A stretch of 63,362 nucleotides of DNA, filler included, from Dimorphilus gyrociliatus (GCA_904063045.1; 5 parts of 5 records of this genome joined end to end with filler, not necessarily neighbours in it); one strand, 5' to 3'; shown: positions 9,500 to 23,426, numbered from the whole stretch's first letter. Made by a program: numbers and translations. Notes: generated by a model from the letters alone, not told the origin.

Positions 9500-10800
9500 A
9501 TTTACTTTTACTTGTTTTTAAAACTATTTTTAAATATATTAGTAAATAATTGTAAATTTTAATACTTTACTAAAATAATTAAAAAATTCTTTTTTATCAA
9601 AAACTTTAATTTTATTGTTTTAAATAAAGATATAAAATTATTTAAGCTGGCTTTTAAATGCATTCTAATAAAAAACTTAAAAATACTTTATCCAAGGAAT
9701 AGAATTTTGGTATTCTAAAGATATTTAAGTTTTCTTAATTTCTTTATCACAGTTTATTATATTCTTTTGTTCTAATATAACTATTTTTTAAGTCTCTTTA
9801 CATTAATAATTCTAAATAATGAACTAGATTGTAAATCACTACAACTGTTATTATCTATACTATCTCTTTCTTTTGTCTATAAATTAAGCAATTACTTATT
9901 TGTTTGAAGTAGTTTTGATACGATTTTTTTATATTGTTCATCTTTTTAAATTTAAAAAATAAAATTCTATTCTATAAGAAATTAAACATCGTATTTAAGT
10001 CTTTAACAATAAGATTTAAATTATTATTTAAGTTAACATTAATATAAGTTTTTCTCCCTGCAGTTATTTTATAAAACTCTTCAAGTGTATAAATGTTTGA
10101 AATATTTCTGAAATTTTAAATTTTTTTTATAAATACTATACTATTAAAATTTTCATATTTAGTTATACTTAACTTTTTTAGTATATTTTAATAGTATTAA
10201 AGTTATTTTTAGGTTTAAAGTTAAAAAGTACTGCATTTGCTTACCCTTTTCAATTATGAAATAGTAAAAAAAACAATCTTAATGTAAACTTGTTAAATCT
10301 AAAGCCGTTGATGGTAGTTTATCATTAATTAAAAACTTCGATATTTTCTAATTCTTTTGTCTTTGTTAAATATTCTGTGCTTAATTGATAGTAATCATCT
10401 AAATATAATTTCTTCAGGTTGAAAAGGCTGTTTAAGTTTAGATATAAAGTTTTCTTTTATTTAACAATTAGAAAGTGTAATTCTACAAATAGTTTAAACT
10501 TAGATAATAGCTATAATATATTTTTTGTTAGATTTTTATTGTGTTTCAAATATGAATTTTTAAACTTTAAGTAGTTTTCTAATGTTTACAAAAAACCTAA
10601 CTTTAGTTAATAATATGAAATATATTAAACACTCTTAAGGTTAGTGATCTGCTATATCAGATATTCTTAGTTTCTATTCATTGATGTCACAAAAACTGTT
10701 TTTGTAGATTAGTGAGTTCTCGTTTAGTTCACACTGAAATTGTTTAAATGTTTCTATTTGATTTAAATTTATAGGAATAATAAAATTCGCTTCTTAAACT
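9500..10800 (-). pseudogene. Degenerate LRR gene remnant
   Basis: Hand translation of the minus strand gives LRR pieces with stops and frameshifts, e.g. LNSLFNLKKLYLDDYYQLS (~10360-10440), VIKKLRKLKYL (~9715-9750) and QITNLKS (~10630-10655). Confidence 0.55.
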
Positions 10801-11429
10801 CTTGTACCTGTTTAGTTTATTATTTAAATTCTATTAAGGGTATTTATCTCATAAATTATATTTTCTCTTAACTCACGATGATAGAGTCTTTGTCTTTTTT
10901 TTTATAACTTGAAAATGCTTATTTAATTTTTAGATCTAGGAATGAATTCTAAATTTAACTCTATTCATCTAAAACATGATAGAAAGAATATAGGTTTTTT
11001 AATTCTTAATATTTGATAATTAACTTCATTGTTTATTTATTTATTTTCTAAAAAAAATTAAACAAAACCATTTATATTACCAAAAATGGTCAAAAAATTT
11101 AGTATCATAAAAAAAGGTGATTACTTTTGATATTAAAGTTTAACTAAATAAAACAATTTATACTATTAAAATTTGATATAAGAAAACTTTTTGGTGGAAA
11201 TTTTTTAAAAAAAAAGCTGAGGGTTTTATTTTTTTGCCAAACACAAAAGCTGGTCTGGATAAACGGCTTCCTTATTTTTTAAAAAAATCTAATATAAACA
11301 CAGAATCATTGAAGATATTTTTAGATTCAATAAATTAGATATTTATAAACTATAAAGTTTTTATTTTCTTCTTTTAACCTCTAAATTTATATTGAAGTTA
11401 TAATCTAGGTATTTTCCGAGAGAGACAGT

Positions 11430-13482
11430 TTAAATATCCAATTTTTCCAACCATGTCATATTAGAGAGTGGTTTTAAATGTTCATTAGTAAAACCATTAT
11501 ACTTTAAATTCAGTTTACGTAAGTTTAAAAGACCAGTTAATTGGGAAATGGAATTAACTGGGGCAAAAGTTCCACTTAAGTCAAGTTCCTCTAAGAATTG
11601 CATATTTTGTAATGATTTAAATACTTTAGAATGTAGTTGTTCATTTAAGGATAGTTTTAAAACTTTGAGATTTACAAGTGTATCAAGTTGGTTTGTTATT
11701 TTTTTACTATAATCTGTGAATGTTAAATTTAACTCTTCTAACCAAGTCATTTTAGATATTGCGTCAAGATCATTTATATCAAGTCCTGCTGTAAGCCTTA
11801 GATCCAACTTTTTGAGAGTTTTAAGGCCTCTAAGTCTTGCTATGGTCCCTTTTGGTATACTAAGACCATTAAAACTGATCTCTTCAAGGTATTTCATTTT
11901 AGATATTTCGTCAATATCTATCGTTGTTAGACCCGTAAATAGTACTAATTTTAGTTTTTTATCTTTACAAGACCTTTAAATATTGATGATTTATTAGGTT
12001 TTTCTTTTAGATGTATATTTATTAAGTTTAGATCTTCTAACATTGTTAAATTAGAGAATAAATTATAGTCTATATAAATAAATTTAAAATCCCTGCTTAT
12101 ACTTAACTTCTTAAGGGATGTAAGTCTATTTAATTGTGATACTGTTAAATTTGATAAATTACAACTTAACAAACTCAATTCTTCCAATGGCAAGTAGAAT
12201 ATTGAATCATATATAGAAGTATCAAGGTATTTATTGTTATTTAAATTCAATTTTTTTAGGTTAACAAGTTTTTTTAGTACATTAGAAAATTCGGTCGATA
12301 GAATAGTATATTCTAAGTTCAGTTCTTCTAATAAAGTAAGTTTTGATAATGTTTTATAATCCTTTGTACTTAAATAATTATTATTACCTAAATCTAATCT
12401 TTTAAGGTTCATAAGTCCACATAAATGTGAGACTGCATCTCGTGGTAATTTACAATTATTCAAATTTAAATTTTCGAGTAAGGTTAGGTTTGAAATTACC
12501 TCTAAATCATTTTCAGTTAAATAATTATTACTTAAATCCAGGCTCTTAAGATTATGAAGGCGACTGATCGACTGTAAAATGCCAGTTTCTAGCCCACCAC
12601 TACTTAGATTCAAATTATCGAGTAAATTTAATTTAGAGATGGCTTTTAAGACTTGTGTATCAATATGCTCATTCCCCGCTAGGTTTAATTTTCTAAGATT
12701 AACAAGTTTTTTGATATTCAACAAAACTTCTTTTTTTACTTGTATACCTTTTAAATTCAGCTCTTCTAATTTTACCATATCAAATACAACACTTAAATCA
12801 TCATCATTAATATTTTTATTACCTTCTAAATTTAACTTTTTAATATTATTCAATTTTCTCAATGGAGCAAGTAAACCAGGTTTTAATTGACATTCTTTTA
12901 ATTCTAATTCTGATAAATAACTAAAATTTGAAATAACAATCATATCATTATAATCTAATAGATGGTTTTTAGTAATACACAATCTACCTAATTTAGAATT
13001 ATCTTTTAATTTTAGTGTTTTTTTATAATCCTGACGAACACCATGTATATGTAATTCTCTTAAGTGTTTTATACGATGAAAAGTAGTATTTTTTTTTGAG
13101 AGTTCTTTATCAACCTCCTCTCTCGTTTTATTACAATAGGGGTTTATTATTTTCTATTCCAGTTGTATTTTTTTTTAACTCTTTACTACCTACCTCTCTC
13201 GTTTATTACTAATGGGGGTTTATTATTTTCTAATCCAGTTGTATTTTTTTTTAACTCTTTACTACCTACCTCTCTCGTTATATTACTAATGGGGGTTATA
13301 TTATTTTCTAATCCAGTTGTATTTTTTTTTAACTCTTTACTACCTACCTCTCTACTTATATTACTAATGGGCTCTACTTTTTGATGTCCTAAATAATGAT
13401 AAGCTGATAATCCCCATGTAGAAAGTAGTGATATAAGCAATATAATCATTATTATAGAAATTATAATATTACAACATTTCAT
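11430..13482 (-). CDS. Secreted LRR protein: signal peptide + 26-aa repeats + alternating 24/25-aa LRRs, broken by frameshifts
   Basis: ORFs 13186-13482 (hydrophobic N-terminus MKCCNIIISIIMIILLISLLSTWG), 11951-12982 and 11430-11897 are consecutive pieces; ACCCCTCTT precedes the ATG. Confidence 0.85.
13140..13372 (-). repeat. Coding tandem repeat, 78-bp unit (PISNITREVGSKELKKNTTGLENNIT), ~3 copies
   Basis: CTTTACTACCTACCTCTCT at 13181, 13257 and 13335; one unit is 76 bp because of two 1-nt deletions. Confidence 0.92.
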
Positions 13483-15253
13483 AAGAGGGGTGTTTATAAA
13501 AAAATGATTTTATATAATTTTTATAGTAAATTGATTGATTAATTGAATATCAAATTGATGTAAAAGTTCAAAATCATTTTTGTGTTTTATACTTCAAAAA
13601 GATGCAATTTAATCATTTATATTTTAAAAATATATAATTTGGTTTTTTATAGTAAATTGATATAAAAATAAATTTAAATAATTACAATAGTATAATCATT
13701 CTAATAGTGATTTAATATAAAAACACATTTTAAGCATATCTACAAATGATAAAATATTTAAATTATAAAACAATTTATTATTTATCATATTTAAAAAATA
13801 CAGATTAAATATAATAAAGAATAATCAGAGGCTTGAAATATTTTGAAATACTTAATTTTTATTGAAAAGTTATTAAATAATATATAAAGGAATCTCTTAA
13901 TATAAAATTATAACTCTTATTAATATATATAGTTTTTTTTAATGATACCAAAATCATTTGAAATCTTAATCTCAGATAAAATGAATAAATTAGTTTTAAC
14001 TGCTATTTTATTATTAAATAAACTTATTATTACGATTATTATTTATATTTGATCATAAAAGGATGTTATAGATTTTTTTAATCTTCTTAATTAAATTTAT
14101 TTGAATAAAAAAATATTTTAATGTAAAATATTCTAATATATATTATATTAAATGAATATCAAAGCTTAATACTCTATTCTAAAGTATTCGATCTTTTTGT
14201 TAAACCTTAAATTTTAAAAACCTAAGATTAAATAAAAAATAAAACTACAGAAGAGATTATAAATTTTTTACAAGAAAACCTTCAGCTATCAAGTTTTAAA
14301 TAGATTTATTGTTTATTTTATGTCTAGACTAGCTAATATAGAATAGAAACTCCACATATTGTAGTCGTTGTCTTATATTATTTAACTTATTAACAATAAT
14401 AGACAATGTTTTTCAAACTTATTATAGTAAAAATATTTTTTAATTAAAAAACACTTCACGGATTTCTGTAATCTAAAGTTAATAATAATAAATTCAAGTG
14501 TTTTTATGATGTATTGTTTTATTTATTTATTTTACAACTGAAAAATAAATTTCAATTTCATCGAGTTCTATTTTGATAGTAATCAATGAGTTATTCTAAA
14601 AAGAGTCTTAATTCAATAATAAAAGTTATATTTTAGTTGTACTAATATATAATAATATTATAAGGTTAATAAAATCCTTATTAATTTATTATTTAGTTGT
14701 CTTTAAAAAGGTTTTTGGTTAGGTTATAACCTCTTTCAATAAGAATTATACAAAAAGTAAAGTTTATTAGACTTATTTAATAAAAAAAATACAAAACTTA
14801 TTTTCTTGATGGTTCACACATACTTTAAATCCTCTTATATATGAAAATAGTCATTGTAAATCTTTTTGGTTAGATATTTATTTATTTACTTCTTGATAGA
14901 TGAATTCATTTAATTAAGTTAATACTTGATTATTGAATTTTTATAAAATTATCTTTTTTAAATTATAATTTTTTTAACAATAAAAACAAATTAAATTCTA
15001 GATTTTTAGTTAGTATTATATCAAACTTATAAAAAAAAGCGAAGTTATTGACTAAAGAATAATTTCATATTAATTTAAAGTCTAAAATAAATAAAAATTA
15101 TTGTAAGTTTATATAGAATTTAATAAAGTGTTTTTTTACCTATAATTCACTTATTAACATATAAAACAGTTTTAGTTTAAATTACTGTTTTAAATAGAAA
15201 AATATGTTTTTTTAGGTTTAAAAAATTAAATCATTTTAATTAAATGCTCCTCT

Positions 15254-17886
15254 TTAAAGCAGCTCTTTGATATCCACGAAAATAGAACTCTCTTTGCTGC
15301 TAACACCCAAAATTTCAGTGACTATTTGAATAAGAGCAAAAAGCTTAAACTTTTCTCCTCTTAAACTAATTCCTTGTTCTTTTGCTAATTCATAAACTTT
15401 CTTTATGAACTCATCATAATGGTGAATTTATTCCATTTCTTTCTAATAGTTCGTTAATACGAGGTGCAAGTTTTCTAAAGATTTTTGATTTGATTGTTCA
15501 AATATTTCTATGAGTTCTGATAGAATATTTTCTGATTTTTTGGTAGTTTTTTCTTGTTTCTCTGAAGTCTGCTTATTTTCTTTGACAGGAGTGGATGCAG
15601 CTCTAGCACTCTTACTCATAACTCTGCTACTACAACTATCAGCAGCTACCGAGGGTCCATCCACACAATCAAGTTCTGCACAACTATCACCTGTAGATAT
15701 GCAAAAGCTGGATAACCTAAAGATCTTAATCCTCCCATTGACATATAAAATGGATGCCTAGAATATTTATCTTTCCAATGAATATAAGTTTTTGTATATT
15801 GCTTGCAAGTTTTTGGTTTCGTAATCCTCCCATTTATCTTTATCGGCTAGACCATCCCCAATCATCATTATTGTATCACCAGTTTGTAAATTTTCATTGA
15901 TATTCATATGAATTTTGTTTCTGTAGACATTCCAGAAATCGTCTTCCTTGAGAACATTTGTAGCATTTCATCTACAGTAAGTGTTCCTTCATCTCTTCTC
16001 TCAATAAAACCAGGATATCCTTTGATACGTTCATCAATCATTTCAGAAAATTGTAAAAAGAACTCCTCATCAACAGAATGGAAGAATTCTCTTCTCAAGG
16101 CATCTTTTACTTGACCATCGAAAACTTCAATTTCTTCTACAGGTATATTATATTTTTGTTCTAATTGAATAGTAATACCATCTAATTGTTTCTTTGTAAC
16201 CAAATACAGAACTCTTCTCTCATTAGTAAATATCTTAGATACACTTTTCCTTGAAGGTACTTGGACAACCTCGGTATTCATTTTTATAGCTCCTTTGTTA
16301 ATATAATTTATAATTCCTTCTTCTTCAGTTTTTAATGAATCATATTCATATGAAATATTCTTTCCTCCTGTTTTTTCTAGAACATTACTTAAGCAATCTC
16401 CTACGTCTTTTACTTCTCTTACCAAGTCGTAGGATCCATTTCCTAAATCAGCTACTGCTTTTACAGTATCAATAGAAACACATCCTCCAATTCCAATGGA
16501 ATAAAATCTAATTTCGTTCTTTGTTTCCTTAGATACAAATTCTTTAATCTGTTTTAGATTACCATCTCCTCCGTCTGTCAATAAAACATACTTTTTCTAT
16601 ATCATCTTCTCCTGTTTTTCCGATACAATCTACTGCTTTTCGTAGCGCCTTAAGTATATCAGTTCCTCCATCAGGTATAACTTTCTCATTTGCATCTCTT
16701 TTATACTTTTGAATATTGTCTCCATTAATTTTAGTACTTCTTCCCATTAGAACATCTGTTTTATGACTAAAGAATATAATATTAACATAAACATCTAAAT
16801 TTGAAACTGTACTCATAAAAACATCAACAGCTTTTGCAACTATTTCGTATGGTTTTGTACTGCTATTAGTAAATTCCATAGAATAAGATTTATCTACCAC
16901 AAGTACAATTTCTCTTTTAGTCTCTACTGAATTTCTTATAACATCTTTAGTTGGTGAAGTGATTAATCTATAAACGTTGATATCATCAATAGCAATTTAG
17001 ATACAGAAACTCTAGGCTCTTCTTCCATTTTAAGACTAAATACAATATCATCATCTTTTTCAGACTTCTCTATCATGTATTTAAATTCTTCTTTTTTAAA
17101 TTCTTTCTCATCATATTCTACTTCCCAATCTTTTACATGTGAAAAGTCTATTTCAAAATCAAAATCACAAAGTCCGTGTTCATTTTTAGTCCAATTTGAA
17201 TTAGATCTATCTTTTATACCATATTTAAAATATGAGCTTCTAGGGAATATGTAACGTCTTTCTGAATTACCAACCATACTAGTGAATACTTCAGTTTTTT
17301 GTTGCCATGTTAAATTAATTTTAACTTTCTTAGCATTTCTTACACTTTTTGTAGGTTTTAAAGAGAATGAGAACACGTCATTGTCAACTGTTGCCTTTCC
17401 AGAAGTTTCATTATCTTTTGCATTTTCATATACTTCTTCACCAAAAGTCTTTAAACATGTTACTGATTTATAATGTTTATCATCTAACCATAATTCATAT
17501 TTCATAACACGAGCAAATGGTGGAATAGGTCCCATAAATTTCAACTCAGAAATATTAGCATTTCCTCCATTTGGATTTTCATATTCTAATTTCAATTCAT
17601 CAATAAAGAACTCTCCAAGTGACACCGAATTAACATTACAAGACTTATATATAAATCTGTTTTGAGGTGCTTCTCTTTCTTCATTCCAATTTCCTCCAAA
17701 GAATCCAAAAAAGCCTTGTCGTTGTCTTGGACTGGTTTCTTCAAATTCAGCAAACAACTCAGGATATCTTACAATCCTTGTATTAACAGGAACAGATAAT
17801 AGTAAAAAAGATACTAAAGCTATAGAACTAATTAATTTAGCTATAGTATTTAAAAGTGAAAACATAAGGGAATCATTTTTTTCCAT
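15254..17886 (-). CDS. VIT + von Willebrand A domain protein (VWA5A/ITIH-like) with N-terminal hydrophobic segment, frameshifted
   Basis: VIT-like segment in 16963-17886. The vWA has MIDAS VVDKSYSM, GGTDILKAL, LTDG and FYSIGIG...VADLGNG. The C-terminal helix ends at TAA 15254. Pieces are linked by single-base frameshifts. Confidence 0.8.
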
Positions 17887-18424
17887 TTTATAAAAACATT
17901 TATGATTTTAGAAATTACTTTAAAGGAATATTCCTAAAAATGAATATTATGTAAAATAAATATATTATTATAAAACACAACTAATAGATCTATTTCAATA
18001 AAAATTAGATCTAGTTTAAAACATATTCTTATATTCATAAATAATTATAAATTCTAATAAATTCATATATTCTTAAATAAATAATTAAAATAACGTTTAA
18101 TTTGTAAATAATTAACTATTTTTGTTATAATCATTTTTAGAAATAAGTTTTATCACTAAATAAAATTTCTTAAGAAAAGTAAATTTTACTAGAAATTATT
18201 TAAATAAGAAGAATAGAATAGAATATAATTATTTAATAAGAAGAATATAAAAGAACAAGAATTTATTAATTTGAACTCTATAAATAAAAACAAGATATTT
18301 AAATTATTAAAAATACTTGAATTATCATATAATATAATAACTTAACAATTTTATTGATATAATAAATTTTAATCATATGAATATATTATATTAATTTTAT
18401 ATAATTATTTATTTATTTATTTAT

Positions 18425-19250
18425 TTATTTTTTATTTCTTCTTAAATTAATTTTTTTTAAATTTTGTAATTTTTTTAAATTCTGTATTAAATTCTCTTCT
18501 AAATTACACATTTTAAAATTTAATTCTTCTATTGAATTTATATTAGAAATTGTAATAAAACATAAATTATTTAAATTTCTATTTCCTTCTAAATTTAATA
18601 TTTTTAATTTTTTTAAATTTTCTAAATTTTTTAAATCTTTTAAATAATTTAAAGACAAGTTCAATTCTACCAAATTCTCTAAATTTTTTAAAAAATCTAA
18701 ATTTGAAATTTCATTTGAGCCTAAATTCAATTTTTCTATATTTTTTAAATATTTTAATTTATTAATTAATACTTTCTCTAAATGGCAATTATAAAAACTT
18801 ATATCTTTTAGATTTTTTAAATTAAAAATAAAATCAATAGAATTTAATTTATTACAAGATAAATCTAATTTTACTAAACTATTCAATTGTATACCAATAT
18901 TTATATTTATATTATCTATATTATATCTGTATCATTTATATTTGTATTATCTATATCTGTATCATTTATATTTATATTTGTATTATCTATATCTGTATCA
19001 TTTATATTTGTATTTGTATTATCTATATCTGTATTTATATTAATATTATCTGTATTATCTTCTATAGTTTCTAAATTACTATCATTATCTGTATTATTAA
19101 TATCTATTAGGTCTAATTCTATTAAATTATTTAATTTTAATGAATTAATATCTTTTATCTTACAACTTGATAAACTTAAATATTCTATTTTTAATTGATT
19201 TAGTCTATTCAAATTAAATCCTTCTTTTATCTTACAATTTGATAAACTTA
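18425..19250 (-). CDS. Extremely AT-rich LRR protein with N/D/T/I low-complexity repeat, frameshifted
   Basis: LVKLDLSCNKL, IEKLNLGSNEI and LKILNLEGNRNL repeats; (DTDIDNTNIN)n at 18916-19060. Confidence 0.7.
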
Positions 19251-19966
19251 AATATTCTATTCTATTCTATTTTATTTAATTTATTAATTAAATTAAAAAA
19301 TGTATTATTTAATAAATAATTACTTAAAATTAATTCTTTAGGTTGTTTATTATTAATAATTATATTTAATATAAAATTTATATTAAATTTAAATTTAAAA
19401 TTCTTTTAGTTCTATATTTAATTCTTTATTTATTATTATTATTATATTTTTAATATAATATAATATTTATTTTATAAAAAAAATTTAAAATTCAGAATTG
19501 AACTTTTCACTATTATTTTTTTTTAGAATAACTTAAATTTAAAAGAATTTGTAATTGTGTATGAAATAGAGAGAGTTCATTAGAATTATTATTAATAAAA
19601 GCAAAAAGTGTATTAAAACCATATGTTATTAAAAATTTCAAAATATAAATTCTACTTTTGTATTTAGAAAAATAAATCAATAAGGAGAAGAATTTTTTTT
19701 TAAAATAAAATATCCTTTTCTATAAAAAGTAATTTTTATTTCCTATATATTTGAAAAAAATTCCAAGTTTTCTAAATTATTATTAATTAAAATCTTATTA
19801 TTATCATTCTTTTTTAAATACATTTTTAGAATAATTCATTAGAAAGGTAGAACAATTTAATCATATATTATTATTAATTAAAAGTTTATTTCTATCATAA
19901 TTTAAATACATTTTTAGAATAATTCAATAGAAAGGTAGAACAACTTAATCTTCTACTTTTATTAAT

Positions 19967-20200
19967 TTATACTTTTTTTATTATTTTAATATTATTACAT
20001 CTAATCATAATTCTATTAATATTACCAACAAAAATATTATCTTCAAATTCTTCTACTCTATTTAATAGAATATTATAATAATTATCAAAATCTTCTAATT
20101 CTCCTTTATATTTTAAATTCCATTTTAAAATAACTTCAACTCTATTATTAATTAATTTTTCTAAGAAAGAATTTGGTGTTTTTAATTCTTTATTTATCAT
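19967..20200 (-). CDS. SNRPF: Small nuclear ribonucleoprotein F (Sm F)
   Basis: 77-aa Sm fold with SmF-typical VILKWNLKYKG and IRCNN motifs; AACCCTAA precedes the ATG. Confidence 0.82.
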   Translation of the reverse strand: MINKELKTPNSFLEKLINNRVEVILKWNLKYKGELEDFDNYYNILLNRVEEFEDNIFVGNINRIMIRCNNIKIIKKV

Positions 20201-20940
20201 TTAGGGTTTATAATTATAAATTCTAAAATATGTTTTTGTACTTATCTATTAATTCTTTTTCTATTTATTTTATTTTATTTTTATTTTATTTTATTTTATT
20301 TATAAAAAGTTTTTTAATTCTTTTTTTAACTTTTTAAATCTACTTTCTATTTATTAATTATTTTAGATTCATTTATTTTTTTTTATTTATAAAAAGTTGT
20401 TTAATTCTTTATTTATGCAATTTATTTTTCTATTTATTAATTTTTATTTTATTTTATTTTATTTATAAAAAGTTGTTTAATTCTTTTTTTATTTATGCAA
20501 TTTATTTTTTCTATTTATTTATTTTATTAATGTAAAGAAAAAAATCTATGAAAAAAATAGAGTTTCACGAAAAACGAATTAATGGTTAGTTATTAGAGTT
20601 TAATAAAATAAAACAATTTAAAGTATGATAATTTGATAAAAAGAATTTTTTTAAAAAAAGCCGAGGGATTCAATTTTTGTTGCCAAACATTAAAGCCGCT
20701 TCTCAATAATTGATTTCTTACCTATGAATATTTATTTTCTTATAAAAAATAAAAATTTATTAGAAATTATTACTTAATGAAAACTATTAAAAAAGTAGCA
20801 CTAGTTAAATAAAAGCTCTATTTTTCATCTAACTTCAGAAAAACTCTTTCGATTAAAATTTATGGTAATAGTAATTCTAAAGTTTTATTATTCTCTATAC
20901 CTTAACTACTATTTTAATTCAAAATAAAAAATACTAACTC

Positions 20941-22166
20941 TTAAGACTTTTTAATAACCATTTCATAGATTTTCCAAGCTGATACCTTTAAATAAAATAT
21001 GCTTACTCCTGCTCCAAGTAATAATAAAAGATATGAACATACACATAGTATATCCATTTTTCTTTTAAACTTTAAATATGCTAGCGCAGGAAAAATAAAG
21101 CAAATTGGAGACGCGGCTAGTGCATTGGATAAACTAATAAGAATCCCTAGCTTAGCAACAGGACCTACTATTCCGATAAATAAAACTGTTAAAAAAGTAA
21201 CTACTATTCTAAATGACTTGCTTGGCCTGTCTACTATAAACTTTATATTATCAAAAATAGCAAGTCTGGTAGGGAAGAACATAAACAAATAAGCAGAACA
21301 AACCATAGAAAGGAATATAAATAGTACAATCTTAAACATGTAATTATGAGGATCAAAGGTATTGGATATTTCATCTTTTAAGCTCTGGCTTTGAATTATA
21401 AAGCTCAGAATTTCTTCAGTAGTTTTAGGGATGTTGTTTCCCATTATCTTATATCCCAAATAAGCTATTCCCATATTAAATAACCCTCCTATTAGCACAG
21501 GCAATAGAGACACACAAAATAAACTGAAGGAGGTTGGTGATTTGAGTCCACTATAAACATTCACCATATTAGTCTGACAACAAAAGGCGAATATTAACTT
21601 ATCAAATGCACTACCATATTCTTTATTATTGTCATCTACTAATTCACCATGAGGAAACTTTATAAAATAGTATAATAATAAACCAAATAGTGAAAATACA
21701 GCTGCAATCGAAAGATAAGAACAATATCTTAAGGAAGAGAGATCCTTAAGCAATGTAAATGGGAATATACAAAGGGAAATCCCCAAAGATATAAGAATTT
21801 GTGCCATTGTGTTTTTTTCATCATAACTAGTAAAGTTGGCCATCACCCATGCACTTACTCTATTGATAAATGCCGTCATTACTATCAAACCAAAGATCAT
21901 CATCATGAAGTTAAAAATAGGACCAAAATGTGTGTTAATTTCCACAAGTAAAGTTGAATAGGTTGGTTTTTCAATTTTTGATCTTTTACATGCGACATTC
22001 AACATGAAAAGTGTCAAAAATGTAAGAAGGCCCATAATAAAGAATGCAGCCAGACCACCATGTATCCTATGTTCACAAACACCAAAGGTAGTGTTACAAT
22101 TCCAAAACCAAACATACTAGCGACCATCAATAGAGAACCTATCACCACTTGCGATGTTGAAGACAT
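20941..22166 (-). CDS. Amino-acid transporter (AAAP/Aa_trans, SLC38-like)
   Basis: Multi-TM protein with FAFCCQTN and PICFIFPALAY motifs. The true start is probably the ATG at 22166 (MSSTSQVVIGSLLMVASMFGFGIVTLP), preceded by ACCCC and joined by one 1-nt frameshift near 22060. Confidence 0.85.
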
Positions 22167-22280
22167 ATTGGGGTTAAAAAGGAGATTTTTTTTTTATTTT
22201 TAAAAATGAGCTATTCTAGAGTCATGTTTTTAAAATCTATTATTAAAGCTGTTTTATTTAATTATATTTGATCTAATTTA

Positions 22281-22380
22281 NNNNNNNNNNNNNNNNNNNN
22301 NNNNNNNNNNNNNNNNNNNNNNNNTTAATTAATTAANNNNNNNNNNNNNNNNNNNNNNNNNNNNNNNNNNNNNNNNNNNN
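22281..22380. other. Artificial contig-joining spacer (44 N + TTAATTAATTAA + 44 N)
   Basis: Identical 100-bp all-frame-stop spacer seen four times in the window. Confidence 0.97.
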
Positions 22381-23426
22381 ATATTGTTATTTCGATCATA
22401 AGAATATGTTTTCTTTTGAAATACTGGTCTTTCAAGTATTAAAGAAAACATATCTTCTAAATAATGTTTCTCATAAAAAGTTTTTAGCACATGGTAAAGC
22501 TCATTAAAAAAAACTTCTTCGCTGATATAAGTAAATGGAAGGCATATATAAATATTGATTTTCATTCCATATAAACAAAAAAAACCAATTAGTATATTTT
22601 GTGTTTTTTTTACAGAAAATATTTTGTTTTCGTAAGAAAAAAACCCTGTTTTCGTCCAAATTTTATTTTTATTATACTTAGTTTCACTTAGGTTTATATA
22701 TATAACTTCATTGTTCAAAAAATTTTCACTACTTTTTATATCATAAAAACCGTAGATAGCGTCTATATCGCTACGAAATTCATTAAAATGTTTATTTTTT
22801 GATTTTGTGTTTATCAGTGGAAGGTTTTTATTACTTTTTATAACAAAAGTTTTATAAAGTAGATTAGTATTGGACAAATCAAAGAAAAGTGGTTTTTGAT
22901 AATATTCTGGATTTTCAACCATTAAATATAGAAATCGAAGCATTTTATTATTAATAATCTCCTGTTGTTTATTAAAAAATTGGTATAGTCTAAGAATGTT
23001 AGGAAGACGAAAGTATATTGATTTTCCATTTCTGCTCCTTCTTACATTTAAATAATAGTTAAATTTATTATTTTGCAGATAAATATTATCAATTTCAATA
23101 TTTATTTCAAAAAAATGATGTATCAAATATAAAACTAAACACGACATTCGATTTGATGATGATAATAGAGGAGGTTCTGTAATTGAGAAACTGGGAAAAA
23201 TAGACCTTAAAAATGTGATTTTTCTCTTTTCATTTTTTGTTTGTAGTTTATTTAGAAAATTGTGAAAAACCTGATATATTTCATTAAAAAGATAGATTTT
23301 ATCAGTTTCACTGAATTTTTTTAGAATTTCTACTAAAGTGTTACTTAGTTTTTCGGAATCTGAAAATCTTTCTATTTTAAAAAAACCTTCATATGAATTA
23401 TTATTATTATTATCTTTTGTTGTCAT
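22381..23426 (-). CDS. N-terminal ~348 aa of the ~1263-aa orphan protein (runs off the contig end)
   Basis: Open frame from ATG 23426 (preceded by GGG) to the contig edge; continues in frame in the other copy at 5796-3051. Confidence 0.85.

Noticed and set aside
22325-22336. TTAATTAATTAA palindrome recurring four times
   Set aside because: It is always centred in a 100-bp N spacer, so it is a synthetic all-frame stop linker and not biological.
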